A DNA stretch of 64,000 nucleotides from an uncultured Solirubrobacterales bacterium (GTDB taxonomy: Bacteria > Actinomycetota > Thermoleophilia > Solirubrobacterales > 70-9): assembly GCA_963703175.1 (NCBI GenBank), contig OY969794.1:1974069-2038068 (forward strand), written 5' to 3'. Under the pieces are notes generated by a model. The model did no database searches. It saw only the letters and a list, made by a program, of their open reading frames with translations, and was not told where the DNA came from. Position numbers and translations under genes: made by a program. Position 1 is the stretch's first letter; the number at the start of each line of letters is the position of its first letter. Shown here in pieces: positions 18,392 through 27,086 of the stretch.

Positions 18392-18464
18392 GCCCGCCTA
18401 GCTCAATTGGCAGAGCGCTTCCCTTGTAAGGAAGGGGTTCCCGGTTCAAATCCGGGGGCGGGCT
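18392..18464 (+). tRNA. tRNA-Thr (anticodon TGT)
   Basis: Cloverleaf folded by hand: acceptor GCCCGCC/GGCGGGC, D arm GCTC-AATTGGCA-GAGC, anticodon stem CTTCC/GGAAG with loop CTTGTAA, T arm CCCGG-TTCAAAT-CCGGG, discriminator T. CCA is not encoded. Confidence 0.9.
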
Positions 18465-18489
18465 TAGGAAAGCTATCCGCTGGCTCGAT

Positions 18490-19749
18490 CTAGGCCGTGA
18501 GTCGGACGGGGAGCGTTTTGAGCTGATTGAGGAAGGCGGACTCGACGAAGGTCGGTTTGCCGTCCAGGGTCATGCCGGGGTAGCGGGCGAGGGTCTCCTC
18601 GATGAGGATCTTCAACTCGAGGCGGGCCAGGGCGGTGCCGAGGCAGAAGTGGCGTCCACCGGCGCCGAAGGCCTGGTGGTCTGGATTGCGGTGAATGTCG
18701 AAGCGGTCGGGGTCCTCGTAGCGACTGGCGTCGCGATTCGAGGACGCGTACCACATCACAACCTTCTCGCCCTGCTTGATCTCCTGACCGTTCAGAACGA
18801 TGTCCTTGGTCGCGGTACGGCGGAAGTGAGCGAAGGCGGGGAACATTCGCAGCGACTCCTCGACCACGCCCGGAATCAAGGACGGGTCCTCGACTACGAG
18901 CCGGCGTTGGTCGGCGTCTTCCAGCAGCGCCCGCATCCCGCTGCAGTAGGTCGCCTTGGTGCTGTCGTTGCCGGCGGCGACGAGGAGGAAGAAGCCCATC
19001 ACGATCTCGTGCTCCTCGAGTTTCTCGCCTTCGACCTCGGCGTTGACGAGGACGGTCGTCAGATCGTCGGTCGGGTTCTTGCGTCGCTCGGCGATCATCG
19101 CGCTGCAGCGAGCGAAGATTTCGGTGACGGCGTTCTGGATTACCGCTTCGATGCTGTCGGGGCCGTCCGGGCTGTAGTCCGGGTCGCTCGCCGCCAGCGC
19201 CTGGTTCATCAACTCCGCCCAGGCCGCGTCGTCCTCCTCCGGGATCCCCATGAAGCTGCCGATCACTCGCGACACCACGGGTTGGGCGACGTCGGTGACC
19301 AGGTCGCACGTTTCGCGACCCTCGAGGCGGTCGAGCACCTCGACGGCGATCTTGCGGATCGACTCCTCGTGGGCAGCGATTCGCTTCGGCGTGAAGCCAG
19401 CCTGGAAGAGGGCCTTGAGCCGGTCGTGCTTGGGCGGGTCCATGCCGATGAACATCGCCCGCGCCAGCTCTATCGGGAAGACCTCGTCAATCGCGACGAC
19501 GCCACCCAGTTCGGATGAGTAAGTCTCCCAGTCACGGCTGACCGCGTGGACGTCGTCGGCCGTCGTCACCGACCAGAAGCCCGCGGCCTCCGGGAGCTCA
19601 GTGACTTCAGAGGTCCAGTGGACTGGGCAGCGCTCGCGCATCTGCTCGAACAGGGCATGGGGTGGGCCGTCGATCCAGTGCTCTCGCTCGAGCACGAGCT
19701 CGTGCTCGAGACTCCGCGCCGCCGCCGCGTTCTCTGGCTGCTCAGCCAC
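18490..19749 (-). CDS. Cytochrome P450
   Basis: Heme-binding loop FGAGGRHFCLGTALARLE, EESLR (ExxR) motif and AAGNDST I-helix motif. Confidence 0.9.
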   Translation of the reverse strand: MAEQPENAAAARSLEHELVLEREHWIDGPPHALFEQMRERCPVHWTSEVTELPEAAGFWSVTTADDVHAVSRDWETYSSELGGVVAIDEVFPIELARAMFIGMDPPKHDRLKALFQAGFTPKRIAAHEESIRKIAVEVLDRLEGRETCDLVTDVAQPVVSRVIGSFMGIPEEDDAAWAELMNQALAASDPDYSPDGPDSIEAVIQNAVTEIFARCSAMIAERRKNPTDDLTTVLVNAEVEGEKLEEHEIVMGFFLLVAAGNDSTKATYCSGMRALLEDADQRRLVVEDPSLIPGVVEESLRMFPAFAHFRRTATKDIVLNGQEIKQGEKVVMWYASSNRDASRYEDPDRFDIHRNPDHQAFGAGGRHFCLGTALARLELKILIEETLARYPGMTLDGKPTFVESAFLNQLKTLPVRLTA

Positions 19750-19786
19750 GATCCGATACTACTGGCTGGCTGGCCAGTTACCAACT

Positions 19787-21187
19787 TCAGGAGTCTGTGC
19801 CACCCAGGACGCGGGCCTTCTCGGCGGCAAACTCCTCGTCGGTGAGGACTCCCTTGTCACGCAGTTCAGCCAGCTGCGAGAGCCGGCGCAGACGGGCGTC
19901 GTCGTCGCTTGGCGCAGGCTCGGCTGGGGCCGGCGTCGGAGCGGACACATTGGCGTCACCGTCGCTTGCTTTGCGCATCTCCGGCAGGCGCAGTTTTGAG
20001 GCCCGCTCGCCGATATTGGCGCTCTTCACTGCGTCGACCATGCGGTCCTTCGCGCCGCCGAAGTAGTCGGCCATCTGCGCGTCGGGAAATTCCTCCTCGG
20101 ATTGGCGACGTAGCTCGTGGATGCCGAAGGCAGCGAAGGCAGCGATCACCAAGGTCGTCAAGAAGGAGCGCAGGTTCTGGACCGAGGCGGAGAGGAAGTA
20201 GATGCAGACGACGATCACCAGGCCGGTATAGACGTAAGGGATGTAGTCGCGAAGGACCGGCGCCATGAAGCGGCGACTGGAACGCGCCGATCCGGTCGGT
20301 GACCCCAGCCAACCGGCGATCCCCAGGAGGACGCCGAAGACGATCACCGTGGTCGCGATGCTGGTCATCAGTGAGGTGCCGATAGACCAGGTCGCTTCGG
20401 CGGCGGGCTTGACGCTTTCGTCGGTGACGAGCTGGTCGACGACGATCCCACCGGCGACCGAGCGGAAGACGATTACCGCGAAGCCGGCCGCCACCAGCCC
20501 GATCCCGCAGAAGAGCACGGTCACCCAGCGGCCCTCTTTGGAGAGGTAGATCGCGAGACCGAAAGTGAGCAAAGTCAGCAGAGAGAGGACCAGCGCCAGT
20601 CCCTTGATGCCCACGGCGATGTCCTGCGCCGTCTTCAGCTGGTCGGAACGCAGAATCGTCACCTGGCCGGCATCGGGCGGGAGTTTTTCTGCGAGCTTGG
20701 CCCCGATCCCGACTTGGCTGGCCAGGTTGGTCACCAGGCTGCCGAGGTTGAGGGTGACGTTCCCTTCCGCGGTCGAGACCGCTTCTTTCTTGTTTTCCAA
20801 CACGGCCAGGAGCTGTTCGTGGGCGGCACGGTTGGCGTCCTTCCAGAGTTCTTCTGCGGTCGTGCTCTGCAGCACCTGTTCGGCGCCGCCGCCGGCCACC
20901 TGGCGCAGTCCGCCGGACACGGGACCGGCCAGCTGCTTGGTTTCGCCGGGCAGGATGTCTTCAAGTTCTTTTTCGACGTTGACGTTTTCGTAGAGCTGGT
21001 CGATCAGGTAGCTGCTGACCGCCGCGCGGACCTCTTCGTTCTGGATCAACCGGCCGCTGGTATCGACCCAGTCGTCGGTGTTGAGCGCCTGGCGCTCGGT
21101 CCAGATCGCGAAGACGCTGAGGAAGGCCAGCAGAGAGCCGAGCACCACGAGGGCTTTGATGCTGCGTCGCCTTGCGCGGCTCATCAC
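19787..21187 (-). CDS. Multi-pass membrane protein with a C-terminal SHOCT domain
   Basis: N-terminal TM helix, central TM cluster, and C-terminal LAELRDKGVLTDEEFAAEKARVLG (SHOCT). An ATG at 21184 is an alternative to GTG 21187. Confidence 0.7.
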   Translation of the reverse strand: MMSRARRRSIKALVVLGSLLAFLSVFAIWTERQALNTDDWVDTSGRLIQNEEVRAAVSSYLIDQLYENVNVEKELEDILPGETKQLAGPVSGGLRQVAGGGAEQVLQSTTAEELWKDANRAAHEQLLAVLENKKEAVSTAEGNVTLNLGSLVTNLASQVGIGAKLAEKLPPDAGQVTILRSDQLKTAQDIAVGIKGLALVLSLLTLLTFGLAIYLSKEGRWVTVLFCGIGLVAAGFAVIVFRSVAGGIVVDQLVTDESVKPAAEATWSIGTSLMTSIATTVIVFGVLLGIAGWLGSPTGSARSSRRFMAPVLRDYIPYVYTGLVIVVCIYFLSASVQNLRSFLTTLVIAAFAAFGIHELRRQSEEEFPDAQMADYFGGAKDRMVDAVKSANIGERASKLRLPEMRKASDGDANVSAPTPAPAEPAPSDDDARLRRLSQLAELRDKGVLTDEEFAAEKARVLGGTDS

Positions 21188-21193
21188 TTAAGG

Positions 21194-22129
21194 ATGCTAT
21201 ACGTGACTGGTGTGAAGCTGGAAGGAATCCACCACATCACTGCGATTACTGCCGACGCGCAGAAGAACGTCGACTTCTACGCCGGGGTGATGGGCCTGCG
21301 CCTGGTGAAGAAAACGGTTAACCAGGGCAACCCGACCGTCTACCACCTCTTCTTTGCCGATGAGCAGGGCAGCGCTGGCACCGATCTGACCTTCTTCGAG
21401 TTCCCCGGCGTGCCCGACGGGCGGGCCGGAAGCGGCGACGTGCATCGGATTCTTTGGCGGGTCGGCTCGCCGCAGTCGCTCGATTTCTGGGCCGACCGAC
21501 TCGGTGCCCACGGGGTCGAGACCGAGCGCACCGGGGAGAGCCTGCGCTTCTCCGATCCCGAGGGACTCGATCACGAGCTGCTCGTCACCACGGTTGAGGA
21601 TGCGCCGCTGATCGCCGACCACCCCGAGGTCCCGGGCGAGCTCGCGCTGCAAGGCTTCCACGCCGTCCGCGCCTACAGCGGCGCCCCCGACGCCAGTGCC
21701 CGCCTACTCGAGGCGCTCGAGTTCGAGCGGACCGGCGACGGCTGGGAGGCGCGCGGCGAGAAGCGCGGCGGTCTCTATATCTACGACGATTCGCCGCAGG
21801 AGCGCTCGCTGCAGGGTGCCGGCAGCGTCCACCACGTCGCTTGGGCCTCCTCGATCGAGGAGCACGAAGCATGGCGCGAGAAGGCGGTCTCGGCCGGGGC
21901 GCAGGTGACGCCGGTAATCGACCGCTTCTACTTCCGCTCGATCTACTTCCGTGAGCCGAGTGGCGTTCTCTTCGAGATCGCGACGCTGGGGCCGGGCTTT
22001 ACGGTCGACGAGCCGCTCGAGCACCTTGGCGAGAAGCTCTCGCTGCCGCCTGACTACGAGCATCTGCGAGCCGAGGTCGAACCGAACCTGCGCCCGGTCG
22101 TCAACCCTCGCGCCGCGAAGGCCGGGTGA
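21194..22129 (+). CDS. VOC-superfamily ring-cleaving dioxygenase (MhqO/YfiE-like)
   Basis: Two glyoxalase/VOC repeats (GIHHITAITADAQKNVDFYAGVMGLRLVKKTVN...YHLFF and SVHHVAW...YFRSIYFREPSGVLFEIAT). GTG 21212 is an alternative start. Confidence 0.75.
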   Translation: MLYVTGVKLEGIHHITAITADAQKNVDFYAGVMGLRLVKKTVNQGNPTVYHLFFADEQGSAGTDLTFFEFPGVPDGRAGSGDVHRILWRVGSPQSLDFWADRLGAHGVETERTGESLRFSDPEGLDHELLVTTVEDAPLIADHPEVPGELALQGFHAVRAYSGAPDASARLLEALEFERTGDGWEARGEKRGGLYIYDDSPQERSLQGAGSVHHVAWASSIEEHEAWREKAVSAGAQVTPVIDRFYFRSIYFREPSGVLFEIATLGPGFTVDEPLEHLGEKLSLPPDYEHLRAEVEPNLRPVVNPRAAKAG

Positions 22130-23130
22130 ACGGAAACTTCGTTTGGCGGGACGCCGGCCGGGTCGTCGTTCTGCGCCACGATGGCGTCACCCAAGCGCCG
22201 CAGTTGCTCCACGAGTACGGCTTCGCCGACTTCGAGCTGCTGACGACCCCGCGCGCCCTGCTCGGCGCGCCCGAGCTCGAGGCCGCTGCCCAGGCCGTTC
22301 ACGCCGTCCCGACCGGCCAGGTGCCGGAGGCCGCGGCGGCACTCCTAGACCGGGTACAGGCGCCGCAACTCGTCGCCTTCGGCGGCGGTCGCACGATCGA
22401 TTCCGCCAAGGCGGTGGCCGCGGTTACGGGAGCTCGGGTCGCGGCGATCCCGACCACGCTCTCTGGGGCCGAGCTGACCGGGATCCATCGTCTGCCCACC
22501 GGCGCCGAGTCTCGCGTGCGCGCGATGGTGCGACCCGAGCTGGCGATCGCCGACCCCGCCGCGATGACCAGCCAACCCGAGGTGGCGCTGCGCGCAAGTG
22601 CGATGAACAGCCTCGCCCACGGCGCCGACTCGCTCTACACGCCCTTCGCCAATCCGGTCTCGCAGATGACCGCGCTGCGCGGCGCCGAGCTGATCTCCGG
22701 CTCGCTCAGTGAACCACGGGAGGAGCGCAACCGTGCCGCGCTCACCCAGGGCTCTCTGCTCAGCGCCTACGCGATCGACTCCGCCGCCTTCGGCATGCAC
22801 CACGTGATCTGCCAGACGCTGGTGCGTATCTGCGGCAGCCCCCACGCCGAGACCAACGCCGCGATCCTGCCTCGGGTGATGGCCTTCATGGTCCCGCGCG
22901 CCCCCGACCAACTTGCCTCACTGGCCGAGGCACTGGGCACCGACCCTGCCGGGATCGAAGCCCGCATCCTCGACCTGGGCGGCAACCCATCCGGCCTAGC
23001 CACACAAGGCGCCGACCACTCGAAGCTCGACCAAGCTCTCGACTCAATGCTCGTGCGCCCCGAGCTCGCATTCACGCCGGAACCACCTTCCCGTGACGAC
23101 CTCGAGCAGCTGATCGAGTCCGCTTGGTAG
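22126..23130 (+). CDS. Iron-containing alcohol dehydrogenase family protein (maleylacetate reductase-like)
   Basis: LVAFGGGRTIDSAKAVAA and a His-rich metal region (HGADSLY...HHVICQTL). The start overlaps the upstream dioxygenase stop. Confidence 0.7.
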   Translation: MNGNFVWRDAGRVVVLRHDGVTQAPQLLHEYGFADFELLTTPRALLGAPELEAAAQAVHAVPTGQVPEAAAALLDRVQAPQLVAFGGGRTIDSAKAVAAVTGARVAAIPTTLSGAELTGIHRLPTGAESRVRAMVRPELAIADPAAMTSQPEVALRASAMNSLAHGADSLYTPFANPVSQMTALRGAELISGSLSEPREERNRAALTQGSLLSAYAIDSAAFGMHHVICQTLVRICGSPHAETNAAILPRVMAFMVPRAPDQLASLAEALGTDPAGIEARILDLGGNPSGLATQGADHSKLDQALDSMLVRPELAFTPEPPSRDDLEQLIESAW

Positions 23131-23136
23131 GCCTCT

Positions 23137-23260
23137 CGGGCGGGTGGCGCGGTAGGGGGGACCGCCCCTGAGGACGCTTTAGCGACCGGAAGGGGCGGTG
23201 GGTCCCCTGCCGTGACAGGACCCGCCCGCTGATTGCCCTGCGCCGACAGGACCCGCCCGC
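23137..23260. repeat. GC-rich nested palindrome plus a 16-bp direct repeat (GACAGGACCCGCCCGC, two copies)
   Basis: CGGGCGGGT (23137-23145) pairs with ACCCGCCCG (23220-23228 and 23251-23259). GGGGACCGCCCC (23157-23168) pairs with GGGGCGGTGGGTCCCC (23192-23207). Direct repeats are at 23214-23229 and 23245-23260. Confidence 0.55.
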
Positions 23261-23296
23261 GGTAACCACTGTCCCTCACCCGTGTAGCGCTGTTTA

Positions 23297-24964
23297 GTGA
23301 CCGAAGAACGCCTTCAGCGCTACCACGGCTTCACCCGGCGCCACAGCGTCAACTGGCCCCTCTACCTGCTGGCACGGGTCTTCATGACGCCGTTCTTCCT
23401 CGTCTACTTCCGCCTCGGCCGCACCGGGCGCGAGTACGGGCGCGTCAGCGGCGGCCTGATCGTCGCCGCCAACCACCGCAGCTTCCTCGACCCCTTCGCG
23501 ATAGGCGCCGCGTTGCCCTGGCGACGGCCGATGAACTACGTCGCCAAGATCGAGCTGTTCGAGCGTCGCTGGCAGGGCTGGTTGCTCTCGCGGCTCGGCG
23601 CTTTCCCGATCCGTCGTGGCGAATCGGACGAGATGGCGATGGAGACGGCCCGGCTCACGGTCGATCGCGGCGGCACCGTCTGCATCTTCCCCGAGGGGAC
23701 GCGGATCCGCCGCGGCACCCTGGCGACGCCGAAGCGCGGCGTTGGCAGGCTGGCGCTACAGACCGGCGCCCCGGTCGTCCCTACCGCGGTTTACGGCAGC
23801 GAGCACGTGCGCCGCGGCTGGCGCATCCGCCCACGTCAGGTGCGGGTGCGACTGGGTAAGGCGATGACCTTCCCTCGGGTCGAGGAGCCCTCGCCGCCAT
23901 TGGCCGAGTCGGTGACGGCACGGATCTGGCCCAACGTCCTGCTGCAGTGGGAAGAGATGGGCGGCCTGCCGCCAATGCGCCGTGCCGCCGTGATCGGCGC
24001 CGGCAGCTGGGGTACGGCGGTCGCCGTGCTGCTTGCCCGCGGTGGGCTCGAGGTACAGCTCGGCGCCCGCACCGCCGGGCAAGCCACGGAAATGCTGGAG
24101 GCAGGCGAAAACCGCCGCTACCTGGAGGGGGTCGAGCTGCCCGATTCGCTACTCGTCCGCCCGGCCTCGGAGATCGAGCTGGCCGGGCTCGACTTGGTCT
24201 GCATGGCGATTCCCTCGGGCTCGCTGCCGCAGGCGGTTGGCGCGATCGCCGACCGGGTCAGCGACCGCTCCTCGGTGCTGCTGCTGACCAAGGGATTGAT
24301 TGCGCCGCTGGGCCAGCTGCCGGCCGAGTACGTCGGCGAAAGGATTCGCGCCCGTGCGGTCGCCTGCCTAGGTGGTCCCGCCCATGCGCGCGAGGCCGTG
24401 TCCGGCTCCGCCGCGCTTGTCCTCGGCTCAGGCGACGCCGACCTGCGCGACCAGCTCGGCGAGGTATTTGACCGCGCCGGCCTTGTCTGCGAGCGCTCGC
24501 GTGACGTCACCGGGGTGGAGATGGCGGGCGCGGCGAAGAATGCAGCCGCCCTCGCCGCCGCGGCGACTGAGCCTTACGGCCTCAATGCCGCCGGCATAGC
24601 TGCCGCTCAGGTTTGGCGCGAGTGCATCGACTACGCGATCTCGCGCGGCGCCGAGCTGGAGACCTTCTCCGGGCTGGCTGGGGTCGGGGACTTGACGGCG
24701 ACCGTGCTTGCCCCCTCGGGGCGCAACCGCCGCGCCGGCGAGCTGCTTGGCCGGGGTACCCCGGCGACAGAGATCCCGGCCATGATCGGTCAGGCCTCCG
24801 AGGGCCTCGACGCCGTGCCGCTGCTGGCTCAGGCGATATCGGACTCGGGTAGTCCGGCGGACGCGCTGAACGGGCTGGCGGCGCTGATTCGCGGCGAGAT
24901 CGACGCCGAGGCCTGGGTCGCGAGCCTGCGCTTGGTCGAGCGCTCGAAGAAGGCGGCCGCGTGA
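23297..24964 (+). CDS. gpsA: Fusion protein: PlsC-type 1-acyl-sn-glycerol-3-phosphate acyltransferase (N-terminal) + NAD(P)H-dependent glycerol-3-phosphate dehydrogenase GpsA (C-terminal)
   Basis: N-terminal half has NHRSFLD (HX4D) and FPEGTR acyltransferase blocks. C-terminal half has VIGAGSWGTAVAVLLA Rossmann, KGL, and GVEMAGAAKNAAALAA GpsA motifs. It is a single 555-aa frame. Confidence 0.85.
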   Translation: MTEERLQRYHGFTRRHSVNWPLYLLARVFMTPFFLVYFRLGRTGREYGRVSGGLIVAANHRSFLDPFAIGAALPWRRPMNYVAKIELFERRWQGWLLSRLGAFPIRRGESDEMAMETARLTVDRGGTVCIFPEGTRIRRGTLATPKRGVGRLALQTGAPVVPTAVYGSEHVRRGWRIRPRQVRVRLGKAMTFPRVEEPSPPLAESVTARIWPNVLLQWEEMGGLPPMRRAAVIGAGSWGTAVAVLLARGGLEVQLGARTAGQATEMLEAGENRRYLEGVELPDSLLVRPASEIELAGLDLVCMAIPSGSLPQAVGAIADRVSDRSSVLLLTKGLIAPLGQLPAEYVGERIRARAVACLGGPAHAREAVSGSAALVLGSGDADLRDQLGEVFDRAGLVCERSRDVTGVEMAGAAKNAAALAAAATEPYGLNAAGIAAAQVWRECIDYAISRGAELETFSGLAGVGDLTATVLAPSGRNRRAGELLGRGTPATEIPAMIGQASEGLDAVPLLAQAISDSGSPADALNGLAALIRGEIDAEAWVASLRLVERSKKAAA

Positions 24965-24994
24965 AGCTCGGAACGCACCATCTAGGCTTCGCCC

Positions 24995-25555
24995 GTGAGC
25001 GGCAGCAAAGAGAACGTCGAGCCAGCCAGCCTCAACCCGGCTGCCAAGGCGGAGCTCGACCGCGCCTTCGAAGAGCTCTACCGCGACCACCTCAAGGACG
25101 TCTACTCCTACTCCTACTACCGAGTCGGCAACCAGCACGACGCCGAGGACCTGACCGAGCAGGCTTTCCTGCAGGCCTACCGCCACTTCGACCGGGCGCG
25201 GCGCGAGTCCGATGGGCGGCCGCTGCGTCCCTGGCTGATCCGCATCGCCCACAACTTGGCGCTCAATTACTACCGCGACCGCTCGCGGCGGCCGCAAACG
25301 CCGTTGGAAAACGCCGACCCGATTCCGGCCCGACACAGCACCGAGGCGATCGCCGAGGGACGCGAGGAGCTTCGCCAGGTGATCGCGAAGCTCGACAACC
25401 TGCCCGACGACCGCCGCGACGCGCTGATCATGCGCTTCGCCCTAGGCATGGACAACCGCGAGATCGCCCGTGCGCTGGGACGGACCGACGGCGCCACCAA
25501 GGTCTTGATCCATCGCGCGATCAAACAGTTGGAGGAGGAGATGAGCGATGAGTGA
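24995..25555 (+). CDS. ECF-type RNA polymerase sigma factor (sigma-70 family)
   Basis: Region 2 (DAEDLTEQAFLQAYRHF...WLIRIAHNLALNYYRD) and region 4 (LPDDRRDALIMRFALGMDNREIARALGRTDGATKVLIHRAIKQL). Confidence 0.85.
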   Translation: MSGSKENVEPASLNPAAKAELDRAFEELYRDHLKDVYSYSYYRVGNQHDAEDLTEQAFLQAYRHFDRARRESDGRPLRPWLIRIAHNLALNYYRDRSRRPQTPLENADPIPARHSTEAIAEGREELRQVIAKLDNLPDDRRDALIMRFALGMDNREIARALGRTDGATKVLIHRAIKQLEEEMSDE

Positions 25556-25895
25556 GGCGAGCGAGAACCTGAGCGGCAGCACCTGGGACGTCGAGCGGCT
25601 GCTCGGCGACGCACTGCGGCCGATTGAGCCGCCCGAGCGGCTCTCGGGGCGCTTCGAGGACACGCTTGCCGCCGTCACCCAGGCCGCTGCCGAGGAGCTC
25701 TCCGATTGGGCCGAGGAGCTCTCCGAGAGCGAGTTGCGGGCGTTGCGCGATCCGCGCAACTGGGTGCGGCCGGTGGTCGCCGTCGGGGCCGGCGGGATCG
25801 CCACGGGGGCTCTCGTCCTGCTGGAGATGCGCCGCCGCGGTCGTCAGCAGACCAAGAGCGGCGTCCGCGATATCGCTTCCCGCATCCGTCCCTAA
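25548..25895 (+). CDS. Putative anti-sigma factor (single C-terminal TM helix)
   Basis: Overlaps the sigma gene by 8 nt. Small acidic protein with the TM segment VVAVGAGGIATGALVLL. The call rests on position only. Confidence 0.45.
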   Translation: MSEASENLSGSTWDVERLLGDALRPIEPPERLSGRFEDTLAAVTQAAAEELSDWAEELSESELRALRDPRNWVRPVVAVGAGGIATGALVLLEMRRRGRQQTKSGVRDIASRIRP

Positions 25896-25912
25896 GGGGT
25901 TCTAAGCGCAAG

Positions 25913-25952
25913 ATGGACTCTTGTAGCCCCCATAAGGGCCACAACAGTCCAT
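25913..25952. terminator. Hairpin between convergent genes (candidate bidirectional terminator)
   Basis: ATGGACTCTTGTAGCCC...GGGCCACAACAGTCCAT, an imperfect stem of about 16 bp sitting between the stops at 25895 (+) and 25962 (-). Confidence 0.4.
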
Positions 25953-25961
25953 TTCACGGCG

Positions 25962-26234
25962 CTAGACGAAGCCGAACACGGCGATCGCCGTGTAGATGGC
26001 GGTCGTCCAGATCGCGTAGCGTCGCGAGGCGAAGCCGGCGACTAGTAGACCGAGGGCGCCGGTGAGCATGTGGAAGACATTGGCCCAGCCGTTGACTGAG
26101 AACAGGCCGAGCGCTTCGCGAAGGTCGTCCGGGCGGGCGAACGACGAGTCGTAGAAGAAGCCGACGATGCCATAGATCACCAGCGCCGTACCGACCAGCG
26201 TCGCGTACAGCCGTGCGGGGCTCGCCTGCTCCAT
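25962..26234 (-). CDS. DUF4383-like small membrane protein
   Basis: MEQASPARLYATLVGTALVIYGIVGFF...NGWANVFHMLTGALGLLVAG pattern. ATG 26234 is preferred over the longer track ORF. Confidence 0.6.
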   Translation of the reverse strand: MEQASPARLYATLVGTALVIYGIVGFFYDSSFARPDDLREALGLFSVNGWANVFHMLTGALGLLVAGFASRRYAIWTTAIYTAIAVFGFV

Positions 26235-26264
26235 GCGGCGGCGATTGTAGGCTCCTCGTCCGCA

Positions 26265-27086
26265 ATGACGCAGACTTGCTACCGACATCCAAACCGCGAG
26301 ACGGCGGTCTCCTGCTCAAACTGTGGGCGGCCGATCTGCCCCGACTGCATGACTCCGACCCCGGTCGGGATGCGCTGTCCGGAGTGCTCGAAGCAGCGGA
26401 CGCGGGTTGTGCGGGGAGTGGGCGAGGCCTCGCTGTTTGCCCGGGCTCCCGCCACCTTTGTCCTGATCGCGATCAATGTGGCTGTGTTCCTGGCCGAGGT
26501 TGCCGGTGGAGGCGGTGGCCTGAGTCCCCGTGGCAGCTCGCTCATCTTTGATTTCGGCTTGTTCGGTCCCTTCGTCGCCGAAGGCGAGTGGTATCGGCTG
26601 CTCACCAGCGGCTTCCTCCACGCGAACCTCTTTCATGTCGGCTTCAACATGTTTGCCCTCTTCTTCCTCGGCCGGATACTTGAGCCGGGAATCGGAACGG
26701 CCCGTTTCGTCGCGATTTACTTCGTCTCGCTACTTGCTGGCTCGTTAGGCGCGGTTCTGCTTAGCCCCGACTCTCTGACGATCGGTGCGTCTGGGGCGAT
26801 CTTCGGCATCTTCGGCGCCACCTTCATCATCGCTCGCAGTCGCGGGGTCGATGCGCTTGCCTCCTCGATTGGCATCATCCTGGTGCTCAACCTGGTGTTC
26901 ACCCTTGGTAGCCCCGAAATCAGCATCGGCGGCCACCTTGGTGGGCTCGTCGGAGGCGTTCTCTGCGCCCTCTTCATCCTCGCCGGCGAGCGCGGCATGC
27001 TGGGCGAGCGACACCTGCCGATGGAGCTTCTGGCGATGGTGGCGATCGGCTTCTTCTCCATAGCTTCAGCCGTAGCGGTTTCGTGA
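26265..27086 (+). CDS. Rhomboid-family intramembrane serine protease with an N-terminal zinc ribbon
   Basis: CYRHPNRETAVSCSNCGRPICPDC...MRCPEC, then rhomboid motifs (HANLFHVGFNM, GASGAIFG catalytic Ser, GHLGGL catalytic His). Confidence 0.85.
   Translation: MTQTCYRHPNRETAVSCSNCGRPICPDCMTPTPVGMRCPECSKQRTRVVRGVGEASLFARAPATFVLIAINVAVFLAEVAGGGGGLSPRGSSLIFDFGLFGPFVAEGEWYRLLTSGFLHANLFHVGFNMFALFFLGRILEPGIGTARFVAIYFVSLLAGSLGAVLLSPDSLTIGASGAIFGIFGATFIIARSRGVDALASSIGIILVLNLVFTLGSPEISIGGHLGGLVGGVLCALFILAGERGMLGERHLPMELLAMVAIGFFSIASAVAVS

Noticed and set aside
18371-18489. tRNA-Thr as an integration site with att repeats for the RM island.
   Set aside because: The island lies on the 5' side of the tRNA. 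No integrase gene is present, and I could not find a direct repeat of the tRNA 3' end near 14150-14213. Island status therefore rests on composition and gene content only.
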